This document shows, piece after piece, positions 45,706-56,168 of a DNA stretch of 61,628 bases; the first letter of the stretch is position 1; each line of letters begins with the position of its first letter. The DNA is from Coprothermobacterota bacterium. GTDB taxonomy: Bacteria > Caldisericota > JANLFM01. Location of the stretch: assembly GCA_026389425.1 (NCBI GenBank), contig JAPLHW010000246.1:1-61628 (forward strand). Direction: 5' to 3'. A program made the translations under genes and the position numbers. Under the pieces are notes generated by a model. The model saw only the letters and a list, made by a program, of their open reading frames with translations, had not been told where the DNA came from and searched no databases.

Positions 45706-46152
45706 ATGGAGAAAAAGACGCTGAATTCGATAGAGATCCGCGCCCGGCCTATGCTGTTGAAGGCAGGTTATAGGCTATTGGATGTGATCATCGTGGGGAA
45801 GCGAGAGCCGGTCGTACGACTAATCATCTTTTCCCCGGAAGGAATCTCTCTGGATGACTGTCAACGGGTTTCGAGACTACTCGGCAACGAGCTAGACGAA
45901 CTTTTTCCCGCCCGCTATCGGATGGAGGTCTCCTCCCCAGGGCTTGAGCGGGAGATCAGAGACCCGGAAGAGTTTACCCTTTTTCATGGGCGCGAGGCTC
46001 AGATCCGTCTTAACCAGAAGATCGAGGGAGAGGATCTTTACACTGGAATCCTGGAGGGCGTAGAAAGCGAATCGCTGCTCCTAGAGGTCGATGGACGGCA
46101 ACGGGCTTTGCCCATCCCTCTGATTGAGAAAGCCCGCTTGGTCTACCGTTGA
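45706..46152 (+). CDS. rimP: ribosome maturation factor RimP
   Basis: YRMEVSSPGLEREI motif, position upstream of nusA. Confidence 0.85.
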   Translation: MEKKTLNSIEIRARPMLLKAGYRLLDVIIVGKREPVVRLIIFSPEGISLDDCQRVSRLLGNELDELFPARYRMEVSSPGLEREIRDPEEFTLFHGREAQIRLNQKIEGEDLYTGILEGVESESLLLEVDGRQRALPIPLIEKARLVYR

Positions 46153-46166
46153 GGGGGGAGGCTGTC

Positions 46167-47198
46167 GTGTCAAAAGAGTTGATCCTCGCCCTCGAACAGA
46201 TCGAGAGAGAGAAAGGAATCAGCAAGGAGTCCTTGATTGAGGCTATTGAAGTAGCGCTCACCACCGCTTACAGAAAAGATTACGGAGCCAGTCAGAACGT
46301 CCTTGTTGATCTCAATGTGAAGACTGGTGAGATTCACGTCTTCGCCCAAAAAGATGTCGTTGAATTGGTGGAGAACAAGTTCGCCTCCATTTCTTTAAAG
46401 GAAGCCCATCAAATCGTGCCGGAGGCTCAATTGGGCGACATTATCAAACAAGAGATTACTCCCAAGGACTTTGGCCGCTTGGCCGCACAGACAGCAAAAC
46501 AGGTCGTATTTCAGAAGATCAAAGAAGCTGAGCGGGAAGCAGCTTTCCAAGAATTCCTAGACAAAGAGGGAGAGATGCTGGTGGGGGTGATCCGGCGTCG
46601 CGAAGGAACCACTATTTTCATTGACTTGGGGAGAGCTGAGGCAGTCCTCATGCAGAAGGAACAAGTCCCAGGCGAGCGCTACGAGATGAATGGACACTAC
46701 CGTATCTATCTCTCCTCCGTACAGCAATCCAAGCGGGGACCGGAATTGATCGTCTCGCGGGCTCACCCCAACCTCGTACTCCGGCTCTTCGAGTTGGAAG
46801 TCCCGGAAATCTACGAGGGACGCGTTGAGATCAAGAGCATCGCTCGCGAACCAGGGATGCGTTCAAAGGTAGCTGTAAGCTCTCGAGAGGAGAAGATCGA
46901 CCCGGTTGGCGCCTGCGTCGGCCCGAAAGGGGTGCGTATCCAAGCAATCGTACGAGAGCTGCGGGGGGAGCGAATCGACATCATCCGCTATTCCAAGGAT
47001 TCCCAGGAGTTTATCGCCAATGCCCTCAGCCCAGCCAAGATCTCCCGTGTGCAGCTGGATGAGAAGGCCAGGACTGCTAAGGTCTGGGTCGCGCCTGATC
47101 AGCTCTCCCTGGCCATCGGTAAAGAAGGGCAGAATGCCCGCTTGGCGGCCAAGCTAACCAACTGGAAGATCGACATCCAATCCGAGGGGGTTAAATGA
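46167..47198 (+). CDS. nusA: transcription termination/antitermination factor NusA
   Basis: S1 and two KH domains (VGACVGPKGVRIQ, AIGKEGQNARLA). GTG 46167 after GAGGGGGGAGG. Confidence 0.95.
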   Translation: MSKELILALEQIEREKGISKESLIEAIEVALTTAYRKDYGASQNVLVDLNVKTGEIHVFAQKDVVELVENKFASISLKEAHQIVPEAQLGDIIKQEITPKDFGRLAAQTAKQVVFQKIKEAEREAAFQEFLDKEGEMLVGVIRRREGTTIFIDLGRAEAVLMQKEQVPGERYEMNGHYRIYLSSVQQSKRGPELIVSRAHPNLVLRLFELEVPEIYEGRVEIKSIAREPGMRSKVAVSSREEKIDPVGACVGPKGVRIQAIVRELRGERIDIIRYSKDSQEFIANALSPAKISRVQLDEKARTAKVWVAPDQLSLAIGKEGQNARLAAKLTNWKIDIQSEGVK

Positions 47199-47497
47199 GT
47201 ACGCATCTACCCCTGCGAACATGTTCGGGTTGTAGCGGGGTTTTCGCCAAAAGAGAACTACTGCGCATTGCTCGTTCCCCGCAGGGCGACTTATCCCTTG
47301 ACTTGGTAGGAAAGAAGCCCGGCCGTGGTTTTTACTTATGCCGCCGGCAGGCATGTTTGGAGCGTGCGCTGAAGAACAGGAACTTTGAAAGGAAGATCGG
47401 AGCTCATCTCCCCGAAGAACTCCTGACGCAGTTGCGAGAGTCCATTAAGAATGGACAGGAGGTTGAACCGTGCCGAAGAAACGAATCTATGAATTAG
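47195..47497 (+). CDS. YlxR-family (DUF448) RNA-binding protein
   Basis: PLRTCSGCSGVFAKRELLRI...GRGFYLC. Confidence 0.85.
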   Translation: MSTHLPLRTCSGCSGVFAKRELLRIARSPQGDLSLDLVGKKPGRGFYLCRRQACLERALKNRNFERKIGAHLPEELLTQLRESIKNGQEVEPCRRNESMN

Positions 47498-49407
47498 CCA
47501 AGGAGTTGAACATCTCCAGCACCCAGCTTCTGTCCATTCTTAAGGAGCTTGGCGTGGAGGCGAAAACCCACGCCTCGACTATTGAAGATGAGATGGCCAA
47601 GTTAGTGCAGGAGATCTTGGCCGAACGCCCCTTACAGCTTGAATCGGAGCCGATCAGCGAGGTGCATGCAGCCCAAGCGGTTGTTGCCCCGGCCATCCCT
47701 GCCTCTGTGGGCGATTTCGCAACGCTTTACCACCTCGAACCAGCCCAGGTAGCCGAATATCTCAGGAAGAAGGGCGAGATGGTTACAGTCACCCAGCCAC
47801 TCAGCCAGAAGGGCAAAGAGCTGTTGAAAGCATTGGTCCCCAGTGCTGGACCGACACCAGCCACAACAAGCCCCAGGATGGAATCCAGCGACAAGAGCGC
47901 CAAGATTTCCCCTCTGCCCTCGAACGAAACAAAGGATTGGGTCGGTAGAGCTCCTGTCGTCACCGTATTGGGTCATGTAGACCACGGAAAGACCACGCTC
48001 CTGGACGCGATCCGTCATTCCTCGGTGGCGGAGAAGGAAAAAGGCGGGATCACCCAAAAGATCGGTGCTTCGGAGATCCAGTTCAGAGGGCAGCGCATCG
48101 TCTTCATCGACACACCCGGGCATGAAGCCTTCACCGCCATGCGAGCTCAGGGAGCCAAGGTGACCGATATCGCCATTCTGGTCGTAGCGGCCGACGAAGG
48201 GGTCATGCCCCAGACGGTGGAAGCGCTCAATCACGCCAAAGCTGCCAAGGTCTCGATCATCGTTGCTCTGAACAAAATGGACAAGGAAGCGGCGAACCCC
48301 GACCGGGTTAAACAACAGCTTTCGGACCTTGGCCTAGTCCCTGAGGAATGGGGTGGGGAGACTATTTACGTACCCCTGTCAGCCAAGAAGGGGGAGGGTG
48401 TCGACAAACTTCTGGAGATGATCTCGCTTTTAGCCGAGGTGCAAGAATTGAAAACCTCACCCAACGCGGCCGCTTTCGGCACGGTGATCGAAGCCAGGTT
48501 GGACAGAGGCCTGGGGCCAGTGGCGGCTGTGATCGTACAAGGAGGTCTTCTTCGTGTTGGGGATATCCTGCAAGTAGGGGAGACGGGTGGCAAAGTACGT
48601 TCCATCATCAACGCCATGGGAGAGCGTCTTAAACAAGCCGGCCCCTCCACAGCGGTTGAAATCGTCGGCCTGGAAGCGGTTCCCCGCCCTGGAGTACGTT
48701 TCCAGACGACCAAGGATCTGAAGTTGCAGCGCAGCACTGAGAGCCAGCCGCAAGGAAAGAATTTCCGCTCCACCGATAGGCTCTTCAAAGCCTTTCAGAA
48801 AGAGAGCAATAAGTTTCCATTGATTCTCAAGGCTGATTCCCAGGGCACACTTGATGCCCTGATGGTGGCCATCAGTAAGGTAAAATCCACCGAGATGGAG
48901 ATCGAGACAATGCATGCCGGCGTAGGGGCGATTACGGAATCAGATATCGATCTGGCCTCGGTCACGGCTTCGATGGTGCTCGGCTTCAACGTACGGCCGG
49001 ATTCCATGGCAAGAAAGGCCAGCGAGCGCGAGGACATCGAGATACGCACTTATGATCTCATCTACGAGTTGGTGACTGACTTGGAAGGATGTATACGCGG
49101 GCGTTGCGAGCCCCGCATCGAGGAGAAAACGATGGGGCGAGCGGTGATACGTAAGCTCTTCCGGGTACCCAAGCTGGGTTTCATTGCCGGTTCATATATT
49201 CAGGATGGCAAAGTCGAGCGCAACTCCAAGGCTCGCGTGGTGCGAGACAACATCGTCATCGGTGAAACCAAGGTTACTTCCCTACGGCGCTTCAAGGAAG
49301 ATGTCCGCGATGTGGCCAGTGGGTACGAATGCGGAATCGGTTTGGATAAAGCTACCGATCTTCGCGAAGGTGATCTGTTGGAGTTCTACACCTTGCAGCA
49401 GGTATGA
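47470..49407 (+). CDS. infB: translation initiation factor IF-2
   Basis: GHVDHGKTTLLD, DTPGHEAF, NKMD. GTG start. Confidence 0.95.
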   Translation: MPKKRIYELAKELNISSTQLLSILKELGVEAKTHASTIEDEMAKLVQEILAERPLQLESEPISEVHAAQAVVAPAIPASVGDFATLYHLEPAQVAEYLRKKGEMVTVTQPLSQKGKELLKALVPSAGPTPATTSPRMESSDKSAKISPLPSNETKDWVGRAPVVTVLGHVDHGKTTLLDAIRHSSVAEKEKGGITQKIGASEIQFRGQRIVFIDTPGHEAFTAMRAQGAKVTDIAILVVAADEGVMPQTVEALNHAKAAKVSIIVALNKMDKEAANPDRVKQQLSDLGLVPEEWGGETIYVPLSAKKGEGVDKLLEMISLLAEVQELKTSPNAAAFGTVIEARLDRGLGPVAAVIVQGGLLRVGDILQVGETGGKVRSIINAMGERLKQAGPSTAVEIVGLEAVPRPGVRFQTTKDLKLQRSTESQPQGKNFRSTDRLFKAFQKESNKFPLILKADSQGTLDALMVAISKVKSTEMEIETMHAGVGAITESDIDLASVTASMVLGFNVRPDSMARKASEREDIEIRTYDLIYELVTDLEGCIRGRCEPRIEEKTMGRAVIRKLFRVPKLGFIAGSYIQDGKVERNSKARVVRDNIVIGETKVTSLRRFKEDVRDVASGYECGIGLDKATDLREGDLLEFYTLQQV

Positions 49408-49408
49408 A

Positions 49409-49687
49409 GTGGTCGGTTGGGGTGAAGTCGAGCTGCTCATTCCCGGCAGCCATTCCCTTAAAGATAAACGCCAGGTTCTCTCCAGTATGATGCAGAGAAT
49501 ACGAAAACATTTCAACGTCTCCCTTTGCGAGGTTGAGAGGCAAGACAGTTGGCAGCACTCCCGCTTGGAAGCGGCCTGGGTAGGGACCAGCCAAACTGCG
49601 GTGGAGGAGACTTTCGCCGCTTTACTGCGAACCTTTGAAGGAGAGCCCTCGATTCAGGTTCTTTCCTCCACCTACGAGGTCCTCTAA
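49409..49687 (+). CDS. DUF503 (YlxP-like) protein
   Basis: LLIPGSHSLKDKRQV motif. GTG 49409 lies 1 nt after the infB stop. Confidence 0.75.
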   Translation: MVGWGEVELLIPGSHSLKDKRQVLSSMMQRIRKHFNVSLCEVERQDSWQHSRLEAAWVGTSQTAVEETFAALLRTFEGEPSIQVLSSTYEVL

Positions 49688-49694
49688 ACCCGGC

Positions 49695-50081
49695 ATGGTC
49701 AGTCCTCTCCGGCGCGAAAAGTTACAAGAAGCGATCCGTGAGTTGGTCGCTACAGTGATCCACCGAGAATTAAAAGACCCGCGTGTGGGATTTGCCACGA
49801 TCACAAAAGTTGAGATGACTCCGGACGGACGGTCGGTAAAGGTCTTCTTCTCGGTGCTGGGCACTGCCGAGCAGATACAGCAAACCATGGAAGGCCTGAC
49901 GAAGGCGCAGGGCTTTCTCCAGAAGCGCGTTGCGGAGCACTTGCAGATGCGCTTCGCCCCCCGTTTGCAGGTCGTTTATGATGATTCCCTGGAGAAGGCG
50001 ATGCAGGTTCAACAGCTCCTAAGACGATTGGAAGAGGAGAATGAGAGCCATCCTCCCGACCCTGCTTGCCCAGATCATTGA
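49695..50081 (+). CDS. rbfA: ribosome-binding factor A
   Basis: ELKDPRVGFATITKVEMTPDGRSVKVFFSVLG. Confidence 0.9.
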   Translation: MVSPLRREKLQEAIRELVATVIHRELKDPRVGFATITKVEMTPDGRSVKVFFSVLGTAEQIQQTMEGLTKAQGFLQKRVAEHLQMRFAPRLQVVYDDSLEKAMQVQQLLRRLEEENESHPPDPACPDH

Positions 50082-50994
50082 CCAGTCTTCTTCTTTCCTC
50101 CTCGCCACTCATGAGGGGCCGGACGGGGATGCCATCGGGAGCATGCTTGGCCTAGGCCACATTTTACACTCGTGGGGCAAAGAAGTTTTCATTTACTCCC
50201 CCCACCCCCTCGAAGCAAAGTATGACGCACTGGCGGCCGGCCTTCTCTCCCTGCACACGCCACCAGTCAACCCTGCTTCCCTCACTTTAGCCATTTTAGA
50301 TGCCGGGAGCAGGGAGCGCGTCCCGCTTTCCCTGGAAGGATATAACAGGATGATATCCATTGATCATCATCCCGGCAGCGATCTTCCTGGCGATTTCTCT
50401 TGGTGCGAGCCGAAAGCCTCCTCCACTGGAGAGATCTTGGCTTCTTTTTTCCTTGACGAGCCGAGCATTCCGCAACAAGCCTGCGCCTGTTTGTACTACG
50501 CCATCCTGGCCGACACCAATGGCTTCCAATTCCCCAATACCGGAGCCCGCACTTTGGAGCTGGCTGCTTGCCTGGTGAGCAAAGGAGCCCATCCCGACCA
50601 ATTGGCCAATCTCTTCTTCAATCGCTGGAGCGAACGCGACATTCGTTTTTTCGCGCTGGCCATGTCCTCTTTGGAGTTTCTGGAAGGAGTGGCTTGCGCT
50701 TGTTTGCCGTTCGAGAGCGGGGTAGGGGAGGAGTACGACTCGGACATCCTGATGAACGAGTGGCGAAGATGGCCCGATCCTATTGTTTATGCTCTTTTCA
50801 AGGAAACTGAGCCGGAGCGCTATAAGGTCAGCTTGCGTTCCCACGGTACAGTCGACGTCAGCCAGGTGGCGCGGATTTTTCAAGGGGGAGGGCATGCCGC
50901 CGCCAGTGGCTGCCGCCTGGAAGGCGCCTACCGCCAGGTGCAACAGTGTCTGCTGGAGGCGTTTCGGGAGTTGACCTCCGGTCAGTTCGGCTGA
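50041..50994 (+). CDS. nrnA: DHH/DHHA1 phosphoesterase, NrnA-like
   Basis: HEGPDGDAIGS, SIDHHPG, GGGHAAASG. Confidence 0.8.
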   Translation: MRAILPTLLAQIIDQSSSFLLATHEGPDGDAIGSMLGLGHILHSWGKEVFIYSPHPLEAKYDALAAGLLSLHTPPVNPASLTLAILDAGSRERVPLSLEGYNRMISIDHHPGSDLPGDFSWCEPKASSTGEILASFFLDEPSIPQQACACLYYAILADTNGFQFPNTGARTLELAACLVSKGAHPDQLANLFFNRWSERDIRFFALAMSSLEFLEGVACACLPFESGVGEEYDSDILMNEWRRWPDPIVYALFKETEPERYKVSLRSHGTVDVSQVARIFQGGGHAAASGCRLEGAYRQVQQCLLEAFRELTSGQFG

Positions 50995-50997
50995 GAC

Positions 50998-51861
50998 ATG
51001 CCTAGCGGATTTCTCAATCTCCTCAAGCCCCCCGGAATGACTTCATTTGATATACTTCGCGCTTTGCACGGAGGACAGCCTAAGCTCAAACTCGGGCATA
51101 GCGGGACACTCGATTTACCCGCCTGCGGTGTTCTTGTCGTAGCGGTGGAACGAGCGACCAGATTTCTACCGTACCTAAACACTGACAAAGAATACCTCTT
51201 CGAGGTAATCTTTGGTTTACAGACGGATACCGGCGATTTGTGGGGAGAAATCGTCAAGGATACAGGAGCAATAGTGGAACGAACCGTCGTGGAGGAAGTG
51301 CTGACTCGCTTCATCGGTGATCTGACGCAGGAGGTGCCGCTCTTCTCAGCAAAGCACCAAGATGGCAAGAGGCTGTACCAATTGGCCATGGCGGGACGGG
51401 AACCATCAGCGCAGAAGACGACCAAGATCCATATCTACTCGCTGCGCTTCTTAGATTTTTTACCAGGTACATATCCCCGGGCACGCCTATTGATACGATG
51501 CTCAGGCGGCACTTACGTACGAACTCTGGCCAAGGACATCGGTGCAGCGCTCGGCCTTCCAGCCTGTGCCCGTTTTATCATACGGTTGCGATCCTCCAAC
51601 TATCGCCTTGAAGAGAGCAGTACCCTTCGCGATCTGGAGAGTGGCCCATGGCCACTTCTTCCGATCGAGTCAGCTCTCGACCACTTGCCATTGGAAGTGA
51701 TCCCCGAGCGGGACCTGTCCTCCTTCATGAACGGAAGGGCCGTTTCCGCCACACTCCACGGCACGGGCCAATTCTTCCGTGTCCAAGACCGCCACGGGCG
51801 TTTCGTCGGATTGGGTAAGAGGCAGGAAGAACGCCTCTTGGTAGTGGAGCGCCTACCCTAA
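50998..51861 (+). CDS. truB: tRNA pseudouridine(55) synthase
   Basis: GFLNLLKPPGMTS, GHSGTLD catalytic Asp motif. Confidence 0.9.
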   Translation: MPSGFLNLLKPPGMTSFDILRALHGGQPKLKLGHSGTLDLPACGVLVVAVERATRFLPYLNTDKEYLFEVIFGLQTDTGDLWGEIVKDTGAIVERTVVEEVLTRFIGDLTQEVPLFSAKHQDGKRLYQLAMAGREPSAQKTTKIHIYSLRFLDFLPGTYPRARLLIRCSGGTYVRTLAKDIGAALGLPACARFIIRLRSSNYRLEESSTLRDLESGPWPLLPIESALDHLPLEVIPERDLSSFMNGRAVSATLHGTGQFFRVQDRHGRFVGLGKRQEERLLVVERLP

Positions 51862-52613
51862 TGGAAGTGCGGCGATTACCTGGTCCACCCTGGAGGACGG
51901 ATTCAGTGCTGGGGATTGGGGTCTTTGACGGCTTGCACCGCGGCCACCTGGCCTTGATTGAAGAAGTCCATCGAGTTGCCTTGGCTCGGGGACTGGCGCC
52001 TGCCGCCTTGACCTTTGACCCGCCACCTCCCGATGTATGGCGGGAAGATCAGTTCCGTCCACTGCTCTCCCTGGAAGAGAAAGTGGAGCGATTTGGGGAA
52101 TTGGGAATTGAAGTTCTTTTCTTGCTTTCATTCACCCCACAGGTTGCTGCATACCCAGCCGCATATTTCGCTGAAAGATTGGTGGCCTGGTCTCGACCCG
52201 CAATCATCGTCGTCGGAGAGAATTTCACATACGGTTGGAAAGGAGAAGGAAGCCCAATTTCATTACAGGCCATTGGCCAAAGGTTAGGGTTTACGGTAAC
52301 GGTTTTACCATTACTGAAAGATAAGGCCGGTACGACCATCTCCGCTTCCTGGATCCGTCAATTGCTCCTGGAGGGTGCGGTGGAACAGGCCAACACCCTA
52401 CTTGGCAGCCCATACCATGCCATATTTCGTGCAGTGGGGGAAGATCACGGCTACGAGCTGGTGGATCGGAGGAAGATCCTTCCTCCCAACGGCCGTTACA
52501 CCCTTCGACTGCGCGATGGGGAGGAAATTGAAGGAGCCTTGTATGAAGGGACTCTGTACCTCCCGGTAATAGTCTGTGAGCGCATCGGCATTTCATTTCT
52601 CTCTAGCCTGTAG
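51861..52613 (+). CDS. ribF: FAD synthetase (RibF N-terminal domain) with a short, atypical C-terminal domain
   Basis: GVFDGLHRGH and ISASWIRQLL are present. The protein is only 250 aa, and the riboflavin-kinase motifs expected after LG.PY were not recognised. Confidence 0.75.
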   Translation: MEVRRLPGPPWRTDSVLGIGVFDGLHRGHLALIEEVHRVALARGLAPAALTFDPPPPDVWREDQFRPLLSLEEKVERFGELGIEVLFLLSFTPQVAAYPAAYFAERLVAWSRPAIIVVGENFTYGWKGEGSPISLQAIGQRLGFTVTVLPLLKDKAGTTISASWIRQLLLEGAVEQANTLLGSPYHAIFRAVGEDHGYELVDRRKILPPNGRYTLRLRDGEEIEGALYEGTLYLPVIVCERIGISFLSSL

Positions 52614-52623
52614 GTGCGATTAC

Positions 52624-52653
52624 TTGTTCGAACTCATCGAAACGTGGTAAAAT
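52624..52653 (+). promoter_or_regulatory. promoter upstream of rpsO
   Basis: TTGTTC (52624-52629), 18-nt spacer ending in TGg, TAAAAT (52648-52653). Leader hairpin GGGCAAT-14 nt-ATTGCCC at 52670-52697. Confidence 0.45.
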
Positions 52654-52735
52654 AAACATGTCTTAATCTGGGCAATTGCCTCCTCCAGGGATTGCCCGGT
52701 GAGACGAATAACACAATCGACAAGGAGGACGAATT

Positions 52736-53005
52736 GTGACCCTAGCCAAAGAAGAGAAGCAAAGTATCATTCGTAAGTATCAAATCCATGAGATGGACAC
52801 TGGCTCGCCCGAAGTGCAGGTTGCGATTTTAACGGAGCGTATCAACTACCTAACGGAACACCTGAAAGTACACTCGAAAGACCACCATTCACGTCGGGGA
52901 CTCTTAAAGATGGTTGGGGAGCGGCGTAGGTTGCTCAACTATCTCAAGAAGGAATCGAGCGATCGTTACAACTTCCTGATCAAGTCCCTGGGCTTGAGAA
53001 AGTAG
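52736..53005 (+). CDS. rpsO: 30S ribosomal protein S15
   Basis: 89 aa, [35 protein letters not shown] start after AAGGAGG. Confidence 0.95.
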   Translation: MTLAKEEKQSIIRKYQIHEMDTGSPEVQVAILTERINYLTEHLKVHSKDHHSRRGLLKMVGERRRLLNYLKKESSDRYNFLIKSLGLRK

Positions 53006-53012
53006 ACACGCA

Positions 53013-55178
53013 TTGAGCGATATCACACGTATTGAATCCAGCCTGGCTGGACAAAGACTTACTTTAGAAACGGGGAAATTAGCTAAACAAGCTGGGGGTG
53101 CCGTTCTCGTCACACACGGGGAGACTGTAGTTCTGGCAACGGCCACATTGGCTGGGCAAGCCAGGGAGGGGATCGACTACCTACCTTTGATGGTGGATTA
53201 CGAGGAGAAGATGTACTCCATCGGCAAGATTCCGGGCGGTTTCTTCAAGAGAGAAGGTCGCCCCACCGAGAAGGAGATCTTGCGATCTCGCTTGATCGAC
53301 CGCTCTATCCGGCCGCTCTTTGCCAGCCACTTGCGAAGAGACATACAAGTGGTAGCGAAAGTCCTCTCCGCTGACCCCGCCTATCCTCCGGATATCGCTG
53401 CCATGATCGCCGCAGGAACTGCACTTTCCATCAGCGAGATCCCCTTCGAAGGGCCAGTGGCCGCGATGCGGTTGGGAGCACAAGATGGGAAGCTTATCTT
53501 GAACCCCACTTATCACCAGATCGAGGAAGGTCAGCTCGATCTGGTGGTGGCTGCCACCGATGATGCCATCCTCATGGTTGAAGCTGGAGCGAAACAGGTC
53601 AGCGAGGAATTATTGCTGGAAGGCTTAGCCATGGCGCAACAGGAAATCCGGCGGATCATCGCCCTAGAACGGGAGATGATGTCCAAGGCCGGCAAGGAGA
53701 AAACTGTCTTCGCACCATCGGAATATGCACCCGAGATGGTAGACGCGGTCAAACGAGAGGTCCAGCAGCGCCTGTGCGAGGCAATACGCATCGCCGAGAA
53801 ACAAGCTCGCGAGGATGCCTTGGCCACAATCGACAGCCAGATGCGAGCAACCTTAGCTGATCAGTTTCCCAACATGGAAGTCGCGCTCCAGGAAATCGAG
53901 CGCAAGATCCTCAAAGAAGAGACACGCGCCATGATTCTGCGGGAGGGTATCCGCCCGGATGGGAGGACTACCACCGAAATTCGTCCGATCACATGCGAGG
54001 TCGGAGTCTTGCCCAGGGTTCACGGTTCCGGCCTCTTTACCCGTGGGCAGACACAAGTCCTGACGATACTCACCCTTGGAGCCATCGGTGAGGTGCAAAT
54101 CATTGAAGGACTCGGCATCGAAGAGTTTAAACGTTACATGCACCATTATAACTTCCCTCCTTTCTCAGTTGGGGAGGTGCGCCCAATGCGCGGACCAGGC
54201 CGCCGGGAGATAGGCCATGGTTCTCTTGCCGAACGAGCGCTTCTTTCGGTGATCCCTTCCCAAGAGGAGTTCCCCTACACGATTCGACTTGTCTCTGAGG
54301 TGTTAGAGTCCAACGGTTCTACCTCGATGGCTTCGGTCTGTGGCAGCACCCTTGCGCTGCTCGATGCGGGCGTCCCCATTACCACCCCGATCGCAGGGAT
54401 TGCCATGGGTTTGATCAAGGAGAAAGAACAGGTCGCAGTTTTAACCGACATTCAGGGGATGGAAGATGCTTTAGGGGACATGGATTTCAAGGTTGCCGGG
54501 TCCGCTTCGGGAGTAACCGCCTTGCAAATGGACATGAAGATCAAAGGGATCGAACTGGAGGTCCTGCGTACAGCTTTAACTCAGGCTAAGGAGGCTCGAC
54601 TTGCCATTCTCGAAAAGATCTGGACAGCCTTGCCCCAACCGCGATCCGAGCTTTCCCGCTATGCCCCTCGTGTTTTTGTCTTGCAGATCAACCCAGACAA
54701 GATCCGCGATGTGATCGGACCGGGTGGCAAGATGATCAAGAAGATCACCGAAGAAACCGGCGCCATGATCGACATCGAACAGAGTGGCCGAGTCTTTATC
54801 ACTGCACCCTCAGTTGAGGCCGGTGAACTGGCCAAGCAGCAGATCGAAGCGTTGACTGGAGAGGTGGAGATCGGTGCCACTTTCACCGGAAAGGTGTCGC
54901 GCGTGGAGACCTATGGTGTCTTCATGGAGATCAGCCCCGGCAAGGAAGGGTTGTTGCACAAGTCACGCATGTACGACCGTGCTGTCAAGCGCGTCGAGGA
55001 AAGTTTCAAGATGGGCGATGAGCTCCCTGTCATCGTGGACGGCGTTGATGATCGAGGCCGCATCAGCCTGACCCGGAAAGGATTGACCGGCCAGGATTTC
55101 AATGAAGATGAAGAAAAGCACGAACGTCGAGACCGTCCGGATCGATCGGATCGACCGTGGAAGTCGAGATCCAGATAA
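53013..55178 (+). CDS. pnp: polyribonucleotide nucleotidyltransferase (PNPase)
   Basis: Two RNase PH domains, a KH domain ([11 protein letters not shown]) and an S1 domain ([15 protein letters not shown]). Confidence 0.95.
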   Translation: MSDITRIESSLAGQRLTLETGKLAKQAGGAVLVTHGETVVLATATLAGQAREGIDYLPLMVDYEEKMYSIGKIPGGFFKREGRPTEKEILRSRLIDRSIRPLFASHLRRDIQVVAKVLSADPAYPPDIAAMIAAGTALSISEIPFEGPVAAMRLGAQDGKLILNPTYHQIEEGQLDLVVAATDDAILMVEAGAKQVSEELLLEGLAMAQQEIRRIIALEREMMSKAGKEKTVFAPSEYAPEMVDAVKREVQQRLCEAIRIAEKQAREDALATIDSQMRATLADQFPNMEVALQEIERKILKEETRAMILREGIRPDGRTTTEIRPITCEVGVLPRVHGSGLFTRGQTQVLTILTLGAIGEVQIIEGLGIEEFKRYMHHYNFPPFSVGEVRPMRGPGRREIGHGSLAERALLSVIPSQEEFPYTIRLVSEVLESNGSTSMASVCGSTLALLDAGVPITTPIAGIAMGLIKEKEQVAVLTDIQGMEDALGDMDFKVAGSASGVTALQMDMKIKGIELEVLRTALTQAKEARLAILEKIWTALPQPRSELSRYAPRVFVLQINPDKIRDVIGPGGKMIKKITEETGAMIDIEQSGRVFITAPSVEAGELAKQQIEALTGEVEIGATFTGKVSRVETYGVFMEISPGKEGLLHKSRMYDRAVKRVEESFKMGDELPVIVDGVDDRGRISLTRKGLTGQDFNEDEEKHERRDRPDRSDRPWKSRSR

Positions 55179-55597
55179 GGATCGAGGCGAGCGCCCGCGA
55201 CCTGCCGATCCCGCATTACATGACACCCGGTTCAGCCGGCATGGATCTCCTGGCCGGCGAGTCGGTGACAATTGGCGCAGGAGACTGGGCGAAAGTGTGT
55301 TGTGGGTTTTCCATCGCCATTCCGATCGGCTATGAGGGTCAAGTGCGTCCTCGTAGTGGAATGGCTTTGGAGTACGGTGTTACTGTCCTGAATGCTCCAG
55401 GGACGATCGATGCGGATTATCGTGGTCTGGTTCAGGTGATCCTGATCAACCATGGAACCCGGAATTACCAAGTGGAGCGTGGAACACGGATCGCCCAGTT
55501 GGTAATAAGCCCTGTGCTCCATGCTCAACTGAGAACGACGGAGAGTCTGGAGGAAACCGAACGGGCCCAGGGAGGCTTTGGTCATACCGGACGGTAG
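55157..55597 (+). CDS. dut: dUTP diphosphatase
   Basis: GSAGMDL, PRSGMA, GTIDADYRG. GTG start overlaps the pnp 3' end. Confidence 0.9.
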   Translation: MEVEIQIRIEASARDLPIPHYMTPGSAGMDLLAGESVTIGAGDWAKVCCGFSIAIPIGYEGQVRPRSGMALEYGVTVLNAPGTIDADYRGLVQVILINHGTRNYQVERGTRIAQLVISPVLHAQLRTTESLEETERAQGGFGHTGR

Positions 55598-56168
55598 AGA
55601 AGAACTATACCCCAGCTTAAGGAAGGAGATCCTGGCCTGCCGAAAGTGCCGTCTTTGCGAGATGCGCTTGCAGGTTGTGCCGGGTGAAGGCGATCTTTAT
55701 TCCCCCCTTCTATTTGTAGGGGAAGGGCCCGGACAACGGGAAGACCAGCAGGGACGGCCCTTTGTCGGCCCAGCTGGAGTTCTTCTGGAGAGCCTCATTC
55801 AAAGTTCCCTGGGCCTGAGACGTGAACAAGTCTATATAACCAATATCGTCAAGTGTCGCCCTCCCGAGAACCGTGACCCTCTACCGGACGAAGTTGAAGC
55901 GTGCCGCCCATACTTAATTGCCCAGATTGGCCTAGTCGCCCCTGCGTTGGTTTGCATCCTGGGGCGACACTCACTGCACACATTGCTTGACCCGGATTGG
56001 AGCATATCTACTGTCCACGGGAAGACCTTCCGCAAGGACGGGATCCTCTTCTTCCCCACTTTTCACCCCGCTGCTGCTCTGCGCAACTCGCAAGTGAAGG
56101 TAGAGTTGTCATTTGACTTTCATACCCTGCGCCTGCTGGTGGAAAAGGAGACGCGCCTTGGAGCTTAA
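55578..56168 (+). CDS. uracil-DNA glycosylase, family 4
   Basis: CRKCRLC, GEGPGQREDQQGRPFVGPAG, FHPAA. Start approximate. Confidence 0.85.
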   Translation: MVIPDGREELYPSLRKEILACRKCRLCEMRLQVVPGEGDLYSPLLFVGEGPGQREDQQGRPFVGPAGVLLESLIQSSLGLRREQVYITNIVKCRPPENRDPLPDEVEACRPYLIAQIGLVAPALVCILGRHSLHTLLDPDWSISTVHGKTFRKDGILFFPTFHPAAALRNSQVKVELSFDFHTLRLLVEKETRLGA

